A stretch of DNA of 64,000 bases, taken from the NCBI GenBank assembly GCA_013239625.1, contig MU054001.1:6497078-6561077 (forward strand), read 5' to 3'. A model generated the notes under the pieces. It ran no database searches and was not told where the DNA came from. It saw nothing but the letters and a program-made list of their open reading frames with translations. The translations under genes and the position numbers were made by a program. Within the stretch, counting starts at the first letter, position 1, and each line of letters opens with the position of its first letter. Positions 12,825 through 26,597 of this stretch are shown here, one piece after another. Source of the DNA: Lama guanicoe. Its lineage: Eukaryota.

Positions 12825-14800
12825 TTTTTAATTTTATTTTTGTTGACGTATACTTGATTTACAATATGTTAGTTTCAGTTGTACAACAGGTTAATTCAGG
12901 TACACATATACATACATATTCTTCTTCAGATTCTTTCCTGTTGTAGGTTATAACGATATATTGAGTATAGTTCCCTGTTCTATACAGTAGGTCCTTGTTG
13001 TTTATCTACTTTATATATAGTAGTTTGTATCTGTTAATACAGAGGTGCTCCTATGTTGGGTACATATATATTTACAATTGTTGTATCATCTTCTTGGATT
13101 CCTTGATGTTGTTGATCCCTTGATCATTATGTAATGTTCTTTGTCTCTTGTAACAGTCTTTATTTTAAAGCCTGTTTTGTCTAACATAAGTATTGCTACT
13201 CCAGCTTTCTTTTGACTTCCATTTGCATGGAATACCTTTATCCATCCCCTCACTTTCAGTCTGTATGTGTCTCCAGATATGAAGTGAGTCTCTTGTAGGC
13301 AGCAAGTATGAGTCTTGATTTTGTATCCATTCAGCCAGTCTGTATTTTTTATTTGGAGCATTTAGTCTGTTTACATTTAAGGTAATTATTAATATGTATA
13401 TTATGTTCTTTTCTTTCTTTATTTTGTTTTTTAGTAATCCCACCTAATTTTTTGTTAATTGAAGTACCATCAGTTACAGTGCATCAGTTTCTGGTGTACA
13501 GCACAGTGTCTCGGTCATGCATATACATACATACATTCATTTTCATATTCTTTTTCATTGAAAGTTATTACAAGATACTGAACATAGTTTCCTGTGCTAT
13601 AGAGCATAAACTTTTTTTAACCTATTTTTATAAATAGTAGTTAACATTTGTAAATCTCAAACTCCCAAATTTATCCCTTCCCACCCTCTTTCCCCGATAA
13701 CCATAAGATTGTGTACTATGTCTGTGAGTCTGTTTGTTTTGTGGATGAGTTCATAGTGTCTTTTTTTTTTCTATTTTTTTAGATTCCACATATGAGTGAT
13801 ATCATATGGTATTTTCCTTTCACTTTCTGACTTCACTTAGAATGACAGTATCTAGATCCATCCATGTTGCTGCAAATGGCATTATTGTATGTTCTTATTT
13901 GTATTTTGTTAATTGTTTTGGATTTGTTTTTGCAGGCCTTTTTTTTCCTTTTCTACTTTTATTTTCTTCTCATGATTTGGTGACTATTTTTAGTGTTATG
14001 TTTGTGCTTTTTATTTTTTGTGTGTATATCTGTTATAGATTTTTGGTTTGCTGTTACTATGAGGTTTTAGCATAACAGTCTATATATGTGTGTGTGTATT
14101 TGCATTATGTTGCTGATCTCTTGATATCAAATGTATTTTAAGTGCCCTGCATTTGTACTCTCCTCCCTTCACGATTACTGTTTTTGATAATGTGTCTTAC
14201 ATTTAATTATTTTGTGTACCCCTTAGCTGTTTATTGTGGATACAGATGACCTTACTACTTTTGTCTTTTAACCTTCCTCCTAGTTTGTGTGTGGATACTT
14301 TCCTACCTTTACTGTACATTTGCCTTTACCAGTAAGCTTTTTCATTTTGTAGTTTTCTTATTTCTAGTTGTGGCCTTCTCTTTTCTACCTAGAGAAGTTC
14401 CTTTAGTATTTATTGTAAAGCTATTTTGGAGGCGCTGAGTATCTTTTAGCTTTTACTTGTCTGTAAACCTTTTGATTTCTCCATCAAATTAGATTGAGAG
14501 CCTTCCTGGGCAGAGTACTCTTTTTTGTACATACTTCCCTTTCATCGCTTTAAATATACCGATAGTCTTATGGGAGTGCCCTTATATGTTATTTGTTGCT
14601 TTTCCCTTATAGCTTTTAATATTCTCTCTTTACCTTTAACTTTTGTCATTTTAATTATACTCTATCTAGGTGCATTCCTCTTCTATCTGGGACTCTCTGC
14701 ACTTCCTGGACTTGGGTGACTATTTCCCAAGTTAGAGTTTTCAGCTATTGTTTCTTCATATATTTTCTCAGGCCGTTTCTCTCTCTCTCTTCCTTCTGGG
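12825..14800 (-). mobile_element. L1 insertion: ORF1 3' part, inter-ORF region and ORF2 endonuclease start, abutting an L1 3' tail
   Basis: ORFs 13086-13443 give endonuclease motifs (ITLNVNRLNAP, CCLQETH, HYIMIKGS); 14683-14865 gives ORF1-like EKRPEKIYEETIAEN; 3' tail at 12825-13040. Confidence 0.8.
13411..13887 (-). mobile_element. Young camelid-type L1 3' end with TSD tatgttctt
   Basis: TSD at 13402-13410 and 13888-13896; closely similar to the copy at 20608-21050. Confidence 0.8.
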
Positions 14801-15192
14801 TAAAAGATTTTAATTTTAGTAAAGTCCAATTTATATTTTTTTCTTCCTTCTATTTTTATTGTCAATTATAAAAACCTATTACCAAATCCAAGGTCATGAC
14901 TGTTTTCCCTTATGTTTTCTACTAAGAGTTTTGTAGTTTTAGCTCTTATATTTCGGTTAATTCAGTTGTAGTTAATTTTTGTACATGGTGTGAGTTAGGG
15001 ATCCACTTGATTTTTTTGCATATGGAAATCCAGTTGCCCCAGCACTGTCTATTGAAGAGACTATTATTTCCTCATCAAATGAACTTGGCATCCTTGTCAG
15101 TTGTCCATAGATGTATTTGTTTATTTCTGTACTCTCAATTCTATTCCATTGGTCTGTGTGTCTATCCTTATGGCAGTACTGTATTGTGGAAG

Positions 15193-16405
15193 TTTTTTTT
15201 GTTTTAATTGAGATATAATTGATATATAACATTGTATCAGTTTGGGGTGATATATGTATCTATTGTGAAATGGTTACAGCAATAACTTTAGTTAACATTT
15301 ATCACCACACATAATTACAGTTTTCTCCTGTGATAAGAACTTGTACAATCTACTCTGTAAACAACTTTCAAATATACTATACAGTATCATTAACTATAGT
15401 TATCATTGATGTACATTACATCCCCAAGACTTATTTATAACTAGAAGTTTATACCCTTTGACCACCTTCACCCATTCCACCCATTCCCCACCTCTTGGAA
15501 CCAGCAGTCTATTCTCTTTCTTTTAAATTCCACATATAAGTGAGATCATACGGTATTTGTTTTTCTGTGACTTATTTCACTTAGCATAATGCCTTCCAGG
15601 TCCAACTATGTTGTCAACAATGGGAGAAATTCCTTCTTTTTCATAGCTGAATAACATTTTATTGTATGTATATATGTATACACACCCACACATACACACC
15701 ACATTTTCTTTTTTCAGTCATATATCAGTGAACACTTAGGTTGTTTTTGTGTCTTGACTATTGTAAATAATGCTTAAATGAACATAGGATTGCAGATACC
15801 TTTTTGAGATAATGAGTTCGTTTTCTCTGGATAAATACCCAGAAATAGAATTGCTGGATCCCATGGTAGTTTTCTATTTTATTTTTTGAAGAATCTCTGT
15901 ACTGTTTTTCTATAGAGGCTGCACTATTTTACATTCCCACCAAGAATGCAAAAGGGTTCCCTTTTCTCCATATCCTTGCCAACACCTGTTATTTCTTTTC
16001 CTTTTGATAATAGCCATTCTGACAGGTATAAAGTGATATCTTACTGTGATTTTGATTCCCATTTGCCTGATTATTAGTGCTCTTGAGCGCCTTTTCATGT
16101 ACCCATTGGCCTTTTGTATATCACTGTGGAAAAATGTCTTTATGCTCCTCTTCCCATTTTTTAACAGATTGCTTATGGTTTTTTTTTTTCCTATTGAGTT
16201 GTAGGAGTTCTATAGATATTTTGGATATTAATCCTGTATCAGATGTATGATTTGCAGATATTTTCTTCCATTCCTTAGTTGCATTTTCATTTTGTTGATG
16301 ATTTCCTTTGCTGTACAGAAGCTACTTAATTTTATGTGATCCCACTTGCCTATTTTTGTTCCCTGTTGCATTTGCTTTTGTTGTCAAGTCTGAAAAAGTC
16401 ATTAT
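15193..16405 (-). mobile_element. L1 3' end (L1MA-like) nested in older L1
   Basis: Poly-T then aattgagatataattgatatataacattg; ORF2 C-terminal-like [24 protein letters not shown]. Confidence 0.8.
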
Positions 16406-18776
16406 TACCATAAATTATTCCTTGTATTTATATAAAAACACAACTGGTTTTTCTGTGTTCATCTTGTACTCCACAAATTTACTCTATTTGTTACATCTCA
16501 TAGCTTTCTTGTGAATTCTTTGGTGTTTTCTCTGTATAAGAGCATGTCATCTGCAAATAAAAGTAGCTTTATTTTTTCATTTGTAATTTGAATGCCACTA
16601 ATTTCTTTTTTCGTCTAATTTCTCTGCCTAAAACTTCCAGTACAACATTGAATAGCAGTGGTGAAAGTGAGCATCCTTGTCTTGTTCCTGAGCTTAGGGG
16701 GAAAGTTTTCAGTCTTCCATTACTGAGTATGATGTTAGCTGTGGATTTTTCTTAAATACTCTTTATAATGTTGAGAAAGTTCTCTTCTGTTCCAAGTTTT
16801 GTGGGAGATTTTATGAAGAAAATGTGTTGAGTTTTGTCAGATGCCTTTCCTTTGTCCTGTGAGATGATCATTTGGGTCTTTATCCTTCCTTCTGTCACTG
16901 TGATGCATTACCCTGATCTATTTTCTTATGCTTGAGTCATCTTTGTATTCCTTGGGTTAACCCCACTCAGTCATAGAGTATAATTTTAATATGTTGTTGA
17001 ATTTGGTTTAACACTATTTAGTTGAGGAATTTTATGTCAGTTATTATAAGGAGTATTGGTCTGTGATTTTCCCTTGATGTTTTCGTCTGACTTTGGTATC
17101 ACGGTAATGCTGGGCTCATAGAATAAATTAGGAAGTTTCCCCTCTTCTTCTGTCTTTTTTTCAGAAGAGTTTGAGAATTTGGTGCTAATTCTTCTTTAAA
17201 TATTAGTCGAATTCACCAGAGAAGTCATCTCCTTAAATTTCTTAGTTGGGAAGTTTTTGATTAATCCTTTTACTTGTTATAGGTCTGTTGAGATTTTCTG
17301 TTTCTTCTTGAGGCAGTTAGGTAATTTGTGTTTTTCTAGGAATTTGTCCATTTCATCTAGGTTATCTGATTTGTTGGCATACAATTGTTCAAACTATTTT
17401 CTTATATTGCTTTTAATTTCTCTAAAGGCAGTAGTAATTACCCACTTTCGTTCCTGATCTTAGTGATTTTCATCTTCTTGCTTTCTTTTGTCAGTCTAGC
17501 TACAAGTTTGTCAATTCTTTTGCTGTTTTCAAAAAAGCAACTTTTAGTTTCATTGATTCTCTTTTGTATTTTCTATATCTGCACTATAGTCATTACTGGC
17601 ATCTTCCGTTTTCTTACTTTGGGTTTAGTTCACTCTTTTCTAATTTCTCAAGGTATATACTTAAGTTATTGATTTGAGATCTGTCTTCTTTTATAATGTA
17701 GGCATTAAATTTACAGCTATACCTCTGAGCATGGCCTTCACTGCACCCCTTAAATTTGTGTTTTTATTTTCATCCAACTCTTTAAGTTTTTTCTGATTTC
17801 CCGGATTCTTCTTTGACCCACTGGTTGTTTGAAAGTATATTGTTTAATTTTCACATATTTTTTAATACTTCTGTTTCCTTTTGGTATTGATTTCTAGCTT
17901 CTATGATTTCTAGCTTCATTTCATTGTGGTCATAGAAGATACTCTGTATGATTTTTAAATTTGTTTAGACTTTTTTGTGGCCTAATGTATGATGTACCCT
18001 GGAAAATGTTCCATGTGTACTTGAAGAGAATGGATAGTCTTTTATTGTTGGTCAGTGTTTTATACATGTCTCTTAGGTCTAGTTGGTTTTTAGTGTGTTT
18101 AGGTCCTGTATTTCTTTTTTAATCTTTTATCTAGATATTATATTAATTACAGAAAGTGGGATATTGATGTCTCCAGCTATTACTGTAGAACTCTCTGTTT
18201 CTCCTTTCAGTTCTGTCAGTGATTGCTTCATATATATTGGGGCTCTTTTTTTGGTACATACATGCCTACATTTGTTATATTCTTGGTGAATGGACCCTTT
18301 TGTCAACATATAATGTCCTTTTTTGTCTCTTGCAACAGTTTTTCACTTAAAGTTTATTTTCTCTGATATTAGTGTAGCCTCCCCAGATCAGTTTGGTCAC
18401 TATCTGCATAAAATATCTTTTTCAGTTCTTCTTCTTTCTGCCTATTTGTGGCTTTCAATGTACATTGTGTAGATAGAGAATAGTTAGACCTTTTCTTTTC
18501 AAATCCATTTTACCAGTCTCTGCCCTTTGATTGGAGAGTTTAAGCCATGAAAAAAAGTCTGTGTTTCTTTTGTGTTTAGTTGACTTTTAGTGAGCTATTT
18601 TGATTCCCTTCTCATTTTCTTCTATATGTATTTTGTAGATTTTGTGTTTGGGTTACCATGGGGATAACATTTAAGAACCTAGGGCTATAACATAGTGATT
18701 TGTATTGAAACTAACTTAATTTTATAACATAAAAATAATTTGTGACTCTCAGTAGAAATTATAGCTAGTTGTGAAG

Positions 18777-18915
18777 AAGGGGAGGGTATAGCTTAAGTGG
18801 TAGAGCACATGCTTTGCATGCACGAGGTCCTAGGTTCAATCCCAAGTACTTCCTCTAAATATAAATAAATAAACCTAGTTACTGCCCCCTCATAAAAGCA
18901 ACAAACAAACAAAAG
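18777..18915 (+). mobile_element. Vic-1-type tRNA-derived SINE (camelid)
   Basis: ggggagggtatagcttaagtggtagagc...ggttcaatccc with A- and B-boxes; A-rich tail; TSD agttgtgaag at 18767-18776 and 18920-18929. Confidence 0.85.
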
Positions 18916-19439
18916 TTACAGTTGTGAAGGAAATTGAAGGTGTTTATCTTCTGAGAAGTGCTAATTAGCTAATTAATTGCATAGCCAAATGACTAAAATT
19001 TTCTAAAATACTTTTTTGATGAAAATTTCAAAATTATCATGACTAGCATATTTACTTTTCAAAAGAATATTTCAAATTAGTCCACATATTTCTGAAATTT
19101 GTCCTTTTTAATGCTTTTAAACTGGCCTATATTTATTTAAAATATTACCAATTGTTAAAGGATCTTAAAGGTGAATCTCTCAAAGATACATATTTCAGTG
19201 AAAGATGAGTACAGACAGAAGTTGCAGGAGAGCTCTAATTGATGGCTCTTATCAATGTCCATTTTAATAGGAGCCGTTTTCCACCCTGTTTGGAGGTAAC
19301 ACTCTCATTCATGCACTCCAAAACAATCGAAGTGGCTCCAGCCCTTCCCTGCTATTTGGAGTGATGACTCTGCTTTTATAGAAGCAACTGTCTTTGACTT
19401 TGTAGTATCAACATTTAACACCTTTGAGTATTAATCATC

Positions 19440-19890
19440 CTAACAGTAACCACCATTTACTAAGCTTGCAGGTATCAAGCACTGTGCAGAGGCCAGTGGT
19501 GAAGAACACAGGCCCTGGAGTCAGGCTGCCTGGGCTGTGCTCTGGCTCTGCCTCTGACTGACTCCGCGGTTATGGGCAAGCTACTTGTCATCTGTGTGTC
19601 TTCCTCTATTAATCGGGGAAAATAGTACAGGATAATAACACAACAGGGGTTTTATGAAGTTTAAACGAGATAGTACAAGTATAAAACGCGTAATAGTGTT
19701 TTGAACATAGTAAACACTCAATTCTTACCCATATTAATATATCATCATTTAATATTTACAAGAAGATGTTGAGGTACTTGTATACATTTTATAAATACAA
19801 AAACTAAGGGTAAGAAATGGTAACTTGCCCACAGTCACACCGGGAGCAAGTGATAACAGGGATTTGAACCTTCTAACACCTAAGCCCATG
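19440..19890. mobile_element. Two nested MIRs (a + strand copy at about 19490-19725 inside a - strand copy)
   Basis: agtggtgaagaacacaggccctggagtcaggctgcctggg (MIR 5' end) and aacttgcccacagtcacac...gggatttgaacc (antisense MIR). Confidence 0.7.
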
Positions 19891-20607
19891 CTGCTGAAAA
19901 TTATACTCTGGTTTTAGTGGAAGTGTTCTCTTGATAGAATTTCAGAATGTCATATGTGGAACCTAGCCTTTTCATTTTATAAATGGAAAAACTGAGTTGG
20001 TTAAGCACCTTCGTAACTGAACAATCTTAAAAGCAAACCTTCCCCTTTCCTAATGTATTGTTCTTTCTCCTGCCTCCAAACATGCCCACATATTCTGAGA
20101 CTTCTTTGGGACAGGTTTCATCATTCTAATATCTGCCCAAATATAAAATACTGAATTGTTAACATTTAATTAAAGCTTTTGAGTATAAAGATTTTATTCT
20201 AAATAAACTAATTTTATTTGTACTTTCACTTTATGCTTCCTTATTCTTATCAAAACAAGAGTTTGAGCCATTTTGCTCCACTTTTTGCTTAAGTATGGAT
20301 TTTTGTGTTTAAATACATTTTTGTTCTTTTGATGTTAAGGCCTTATTTCAGAGTCAGGAGTGTATTGACAGAGACAAGCAGCCACCTTTCCCTAATGTAT
20401 GAGGTGGACATTAGTAATGTATAAAGCAAAAAATAGGATTTCATTTAAACTTCTTTAGTTTTAGAATTCAGATTATATGTTTGACAGCTGGTAATTTGTC
20501 TTAACAGGTTACTTTGTTAGTAGGATTAAAGATTATGGAAAGAAAAAACTTTTAATATCTCCCCTTTAAATGAGCTAATCTTAAAATGATTTCACACACA
20601 TAATTTT

Positions 20608-21939
20608 TTAAATTGAAGTACAGTCAGTTACAATGTGTCAGTTTCTGATGTACAGCACAATGTCCCAGTCATGCATATATATACATATATTTGTTTCCAT
20701 ATTCTTTTTCATTAAAGGTTATTATAAGATATTGAACATAGTTCCCTGTGCTATACAGAATAAACTTTTCAATCTATTTTTATATATACTGGCTAACATT
20801 TGTGATCTCAAACTCCCAAATTTATCCCTTCACACCTCCTTTCCTTCATAACCATAAGATTGTTTACTATGTCTGCAATTCAGTTTCTGTTTTGTAGATG
20901 AGTTCATAGTGTCCTGTTTTTAATTTCTTATTTTTTAAGTGATACATGAGTGATATCATATAGTATTTTTCTTTCTCTTTCTGGCTTACTTAGAATGACG
21001 ATCTCTAGGTCCATCCCTGTTGCTGCAACTGGCATTGTTTTGCTCTTTTTATGGCTGAGTAGTATTCCATTGTACAAGTATACCACAACTTCTTTATCTA
21101 GTCATCTGTCAATGGACATTTAGGTTGCTTCCATGTATTGGCTATTGTAAATAGTGCTGCTGTGAACATTGTGGTGCATGTATCCTTTCAAATTAGAGTT
21201 CCCCCCAGATATATACCCAGAAGTGGGATTGCAGGATCATATGTTAAGTCTATTTCTAGTTTTTTGAGGAATCGCCATACAGTTTTCCATAATGGCTACA
21301 CCAAACTACATTCCCACCAGCAGTGTAGGAGGGCTCCCTTTTCTCCATACCCGTTCCAGCATTTATCATTCATGGACTTCTGAATGATGGCCATTCTGAC
21401 TGGTGTGAGGTGATACCTCATTGTAGTTTTGATTTACATTTCTCTGATATTTAGTGACGTTGAGCAGTTTTTCCATTTGATGCCTTCATTGGAGAATTGC
21501 TTGTTTAAGTCCTCTGCCCACTTTTGGATTGGGTTGTTTGTTTGTTTTGTTATTAAGTTGTATGAGCTGTTATATATTCTGTAGATTAAGCCTTTGTCAG
21601 TCACGTCATTTGCAAATATTTTCTCCCATTCCACAGGTTGTTGTTTTGTTTTGCTTGTGGTTTCCTTTGCTATACAAAACACTTATAAGTTTAATTAGGT
21701 GTCATTTGTTTATTTTTGCTCTTATTTCTATTACCTGGTTGTAGACTGCCCTAGGAGAGCGTTACTAAGATTTATGTCAGAGAATACTTTGCCTATGTTT
21801 TCTTCTAGGAGATTTATTGTGTCTTGTCTTATATTTGAGTCTTTAAGCCATTTTGAGTTAATTTTTGTGTATGGAGTGAGGGAGTGTTCTGTTGATTTAC
21901 AAGCTATCCAGTTTTCCCAACACCACTTGCTGAAGAGGC
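20608..21939 (-). mobile_element. Young 5'-truncated L1 (about 1.3 kb; ORF2 C-terminus plus 3'UTR)
   Basis: ORF 21434-21682 [24 protein letters not shown] cacacacataatttt (20593-20607) / cacagacacaatttt (21940-21954). Confidence 0.9.
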
Positions 21940-24675
21940 CACAGACACAATTTTATGTTATGCTGAGAGCACTCAGAAGTAAACAAAGTAATAGTCTTCA
22001 AATATCACTCAACTCAGTGAAACATGAAGAGGATATCTAAATTAAACTAATCAGTTGTACAAGTAGAATAAACTTAACTCTTCTTATTTTTTATCAACGT
22101 GATGTTAAATAACATATTGTTTGATTTTTTAAAATATATTCAAAAGTTTTAAAGCATTATTTATAGGAACATTTATTCATTTTATATGATACATGAACAT
22201 TATAGAAAAATTATACTATATCCGTGTATAGTTAAATAAATATACAGTGTTCATTTTTGTTAAGGAAAGCTAAGAGAATTCTTATTTTAGAGCATGTTTG
22301 ATAGCTAACATAGAATAATATTCATAGAGTTTAGACTTAATCATAAGAATCTTAAGAATAATCTAATCCAGCCTTCTTTTTACCCTCTTCCTAGCTTCCA
22401 GAAGTAAAATAAAGAATGCCATTGCCATGTAGAATGTTTAGGAGGCATTTCTACTATCATGTACCCACTGGTGTCTGGGCTAACTTGGCCTCTTTACCCC
22501 ATTACCTCCCTACTCACCAAAACAGTTGACTTTTACCTCTAGTCACGTAATAGAGCAGAGGGAACTCAGAACAGGAAGTTGAATAGGTCATGAATTTGCT
22601 TTGCAGTGTTCTTAATTAGGGCAAAAAGTATTCAGACATAGTAGTAAAAAATCAGTATATTCAGCAAAACAGAAAAAGCATCAGTAGATAAGTATCCTGG
22701 AGACATTATTGAAACTCGATAGATAATTAGGAGCTGAAATGACAAGGGAAAACACCTTATCCTTTCAATAAGAACAATAAATAGAATTGACAAGAGGAAA
22801 CTAAGTCATTGTGAAATTTGTATTTCATGGCCAGCTATTCACAAAACCTAAACTTAAAGTAAATTTAGTTAACTTTCCATATCCTTGACTCCAGCCATTA
22901 TTACTGTGTCTGATGGTAACCAGCAACATCTTAAAGAATTGTAGTTTTTCTGTCTGATCATGTTCGTATTCCTTCACAAGCTCTGTTTCTTATCACTGAA
23001 ATCCTGTCAATTCCCTGGCGCTTTGTTAACTTGTCTTCAACCACATGAGTATATTAATACCATATTTATAGGAGTATAACTTGAAAATCAACCTATATGC
23101 TATTTATCACCTGAAGAAAAATAAGTAAACTGATATATTTATTCATAATTCTGCAATTTATGTCATTCAAAATGAATATCATGTTTCAATTTTGAAGAAA
23201 ATGAGTTTATACTTTCTACATGGTAATGGGATATGTTCTCCTATCTGTGTGTATGTGTGTTTTATAGCACCTGTTTCTTATTGTCATAGTTTGGTTAATG
23301 AACATTAAAAAAAGAAAGAAATCAAATATTTCCATGTGTGACGCCTATTTTTTGTACTATTCACCATTTATTATAAAGTTCTAAATTTTATTGCCCTAAA
23401 AAATCTAATCTGGCCATTATATTGTAATAGCTTTATATCATATTCAGAGTACTTCTGTGCCAATAATATCTCTTGCACTAATGATGTGTTCTTCTGAAAA
23501 CTATAAAGTAATATACTATATTATAGTGGAAGTGAAAAGGAAATGTTTTGTATTTTAGTATGTGTATTACCAGCTTTATGTTAATAATGAATAATGAAAA
23601 ATGTATAATATGTGAATGCATTATGTGTCATACATCTCACATGTCTCTTAACATATGTAATGTTAAGCTGTTGTTGTTGTTAAGCTGGAAAGCTGTTACT
23701 TTTACTGATATTCTAGGTCCATTTTAGCAAGAAATGAAGTTTTAGAAACTCTGTATATAAATCTTCCAGCATTGGGTCCCACATGTTAAAAGTTAAAGAA
23801 AGCCTTGAGTTCTGTTTAGAACCTTCTGTCATTAATTAGTTGTGTGACTTGTAGTATTTGTATCTTGTATACCCAATTGCCATCCATGGGTAAACTTTCC
23901 ACATGGTGGAAGGAGTCATTTTGATTTATTCCCCATTTGGGCTGTCATGACATGTTCTACTCTGTAATTCATGAATCACTGATTTATTTTTGTTACTGAA
24001 CTCAGAGTTCCAGGCTATAGATCAAAATATTTAGCCATTCTACTTACAGTTTTTGTTCCCTCATCTATGGAATAACATTTGTTATATCCTAAATTGTTGC
24101 TTTCATTTTTCATGACCAAATGTTTCAGCATTTCCTACTGGAAGCATTACAGTAAGCCCTGAAAGTGTGAACTCAAGAAAAAGCGCTCTGTTCTTCCAAG
24201 GGTTACACATTTTTTACTCTGTTGCCTACCTATTACATACCACTGTCCTAAGTGCACACAGCATACCACAGTGATAGAAGGGATATAGAGGAATAATGTG
24301 CTCTTTTATGGTTGTTTACTGCTCTGTAATTTTTCCCAAGTTATTTCCCAACATTAAATTCTCACAGTGACCCCTTGCTGTGGCCAAATTACATTCCTTT
24401 TGATCATTTTACAGACATAGACAAATATATAAGATTTTCTTTTCTGAAAATTATGAATCATTCAGTAAGTGGTGTGAGACAAATGGATATATCCATCTGT
24501 AAAAAAGTACAGTAGGATCGTAACTCACCTCTTATGCTAAAATAAATTCGAAGTGAATCTAAGACTTAAAAGTGCAAATAATGTCCCAAAGTACTGTGAA
24601 TTGGAAAAGTCTTTATAAATTATAAGAAATACCTAGAAGTGATAAGGGAAAATATTAATAAATCACATACAGAAC

Positions 24676-26260
24676 GAAGAGTGTTCTGCCTCCTGCCTGT
24701 GTTCTCTTCCAGGAGTTTTATTGTTTCAGGTCGTACAGTTTAGGTCTTTAATTCATTTTTTGTTTATTTTTGTATATGGTATGAGGAAATGTTCTACCCT
24801 TGTTTTTTTCCATGTAGCTGTCTGGTTTTCCCAGCACAACTTATTGATGAGACTGTCTTTTCTCCATTGTGTGTTCTCCATCATATATTCTTGCATCCTT
24901 TGTCTTAGACCAATTGACCATGTGTGTGTCAGTTTATTTCTGAGCTCTCTAGTCTGTTCTATTGATCTTTATGTCTGTTTTTGCACAATACTGTGCTGTT
25001 TTGATTACTGTAGCTTTATAGTATAGTCTGAAGTCAGGGAGCTTGATACTTTCAGCTTTCTTTCTTTTTCTCAAGATTGCTTTGGCAATTCTGGTCTTTT
25101 GTGGTTCCAAATAAATTTTCGGATAATTTCTTCTAGTTATGTGAAAAAGGTCATGGGTATTTTGATAGGAATTTCATTGAATCTGTAGATTGCTTTGAAT
25201 AATTTGGCCATTTTAACAGTATTAATTCTTCCAAACCAAGAGCATGGACTACCTTTCCATTTCCTTGCGTTATTTTCAAATTTTTTATAAATGTTTTATA
25301 GTTTTCAGAGTATAGGTCTTTAACCTCCTTGGTTAAGTTTATTCCTAGCTGTTTTAATTCTTTTTGATGTGATTATAAATGGGATTGTTTCTTTAATTTC
25401 TCTTTCATTGTTCATTATTATTATACAGAAAAGCAACACATTTCTGTGTGTTACTCTTATATCCTGCAACTTTACTGAATTCATTTATTAGTTTTAATAT
25501 AGTTTGGTGGAGATTTTAGGGTTTCCTGTATATAGTATTACATCATCTGCAAATAGTGACAGTTTTACCTCTTCCCTTTCAATGTGGCTGCCCTTTTATT
25601 TCTTTTACTTGTCTGATTGCTGTGGCTAGGACTTCCAATACTATGTTAAATAGAGGTGGAAAGAGCTGACATCCTTGTCTTGTTCCTGATTTTAAAGGAG
25701 CCTAATTTCACCTTTGAGTATGATGTCTCCTTTGGGTTTGTCATAAATGGCCTTTATTATGTTGCGATATGTGCCCTCGATACCAACTTTGATGCCAGTT
25801 TTTACCATGAATGGATGTTGAATTTTGTCATATGCTTTTTCTGTATCTATTGAGATGATCATGTCATTTTTATCCTTTGTTTAATGTGATGTATCACATT
25901 GATTGATTGATTTGTGAATATTGAAGCATCCTTGCATACCTGGATTAAGTCCCACTTGATCATGGTGCTTGATCTTTTGTATATATTTTTGAATTTGATT
26001 TACTAATATTTTGTTGAGGATTTTTATATTTTTATACTTTATTTGGGTCCCCTCTTTTTTCTTTTTTTTTTTTCCCTCTTTTTTCTTTTTGATGAGCATG
26101 GCTGATAGTTTATCAATTTTGTTTATCCTTTCAAAAAACCAGCTCTTGATTTCATTGATCTTTTCTGGGCTAGGGGGTGGGGGTTCACTATTGTATTTTA
26201 TTTTTCTTCTTTGATCTTTAATATTTCCTTTCTTTTGATGACTTTGGGCTTTCTTGTTTT
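24676..26260 (-). mobile_element. L1 ORF2 (reverse transcriptase region) fragment
   Basis: ORF 25881-26099 [41 protein letters not shown] is L1 RT-like. Confidence 0.9.
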
Positions 26261-26261
26261 T

Positions 26262-26476
26262 AGGGGAGGGGTGTGATGGGGTATGGGGTTAAGTGACAAA
26301 AACTACTATGTAATAAAATAAGTAAGCAACAAGGATACATTGTACAGCACAGGGAAATAGAGCCATTATTTTGTAATCACTTTAAATGGCATAAAATCCA
26401 TAAAATATTTAATCACTATGTTATATACTTGAAACTAATAAAACATTGTAAATTAACTATATTTCAATTTTTAAAA
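26262..26476 (+). mobile_element. L1 3'UTR end, sense orientation
   Basis: aacaaggatacattgtacagcacagggaaatag...gaaactaataaaacattgtaaattaactatatttcaatt. Confidence 0.8.
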
Positions 26477-26597
26477 GGCCAACAACATCATTAGTAAGAA
26501 AACTAAAAATTAAAACCACAATGAAATGCCATTTTTATAATCACAGTCACAAAAATCAAAACATTTAATAATTCGCTTATTGGTACAACCTCTCTGG

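Larger units (their letters stand above)
11370..18725 (-). mobile_element. Nested L1 cluster: older L1M element(s) (3'UTR through ORF2) interrupted by several younger L1 insertions
   Basis: Minus-strand ORF fragments resemble L1 ORF2 (MKSCSTSLVTREMQMKTT, DRHTDQWNRIES, KGSIHQE..APIYMKQ..GDINIPLS); several L1 3' tails. Confidence 0.9.

Noticed and set aside
18777..18850. tRNA-like sequences here and at about 41310 and 56570
   Set aside because: They are SINE heads with A-rich tails (and TSDs in two of the three copies), not functional tRNA genes
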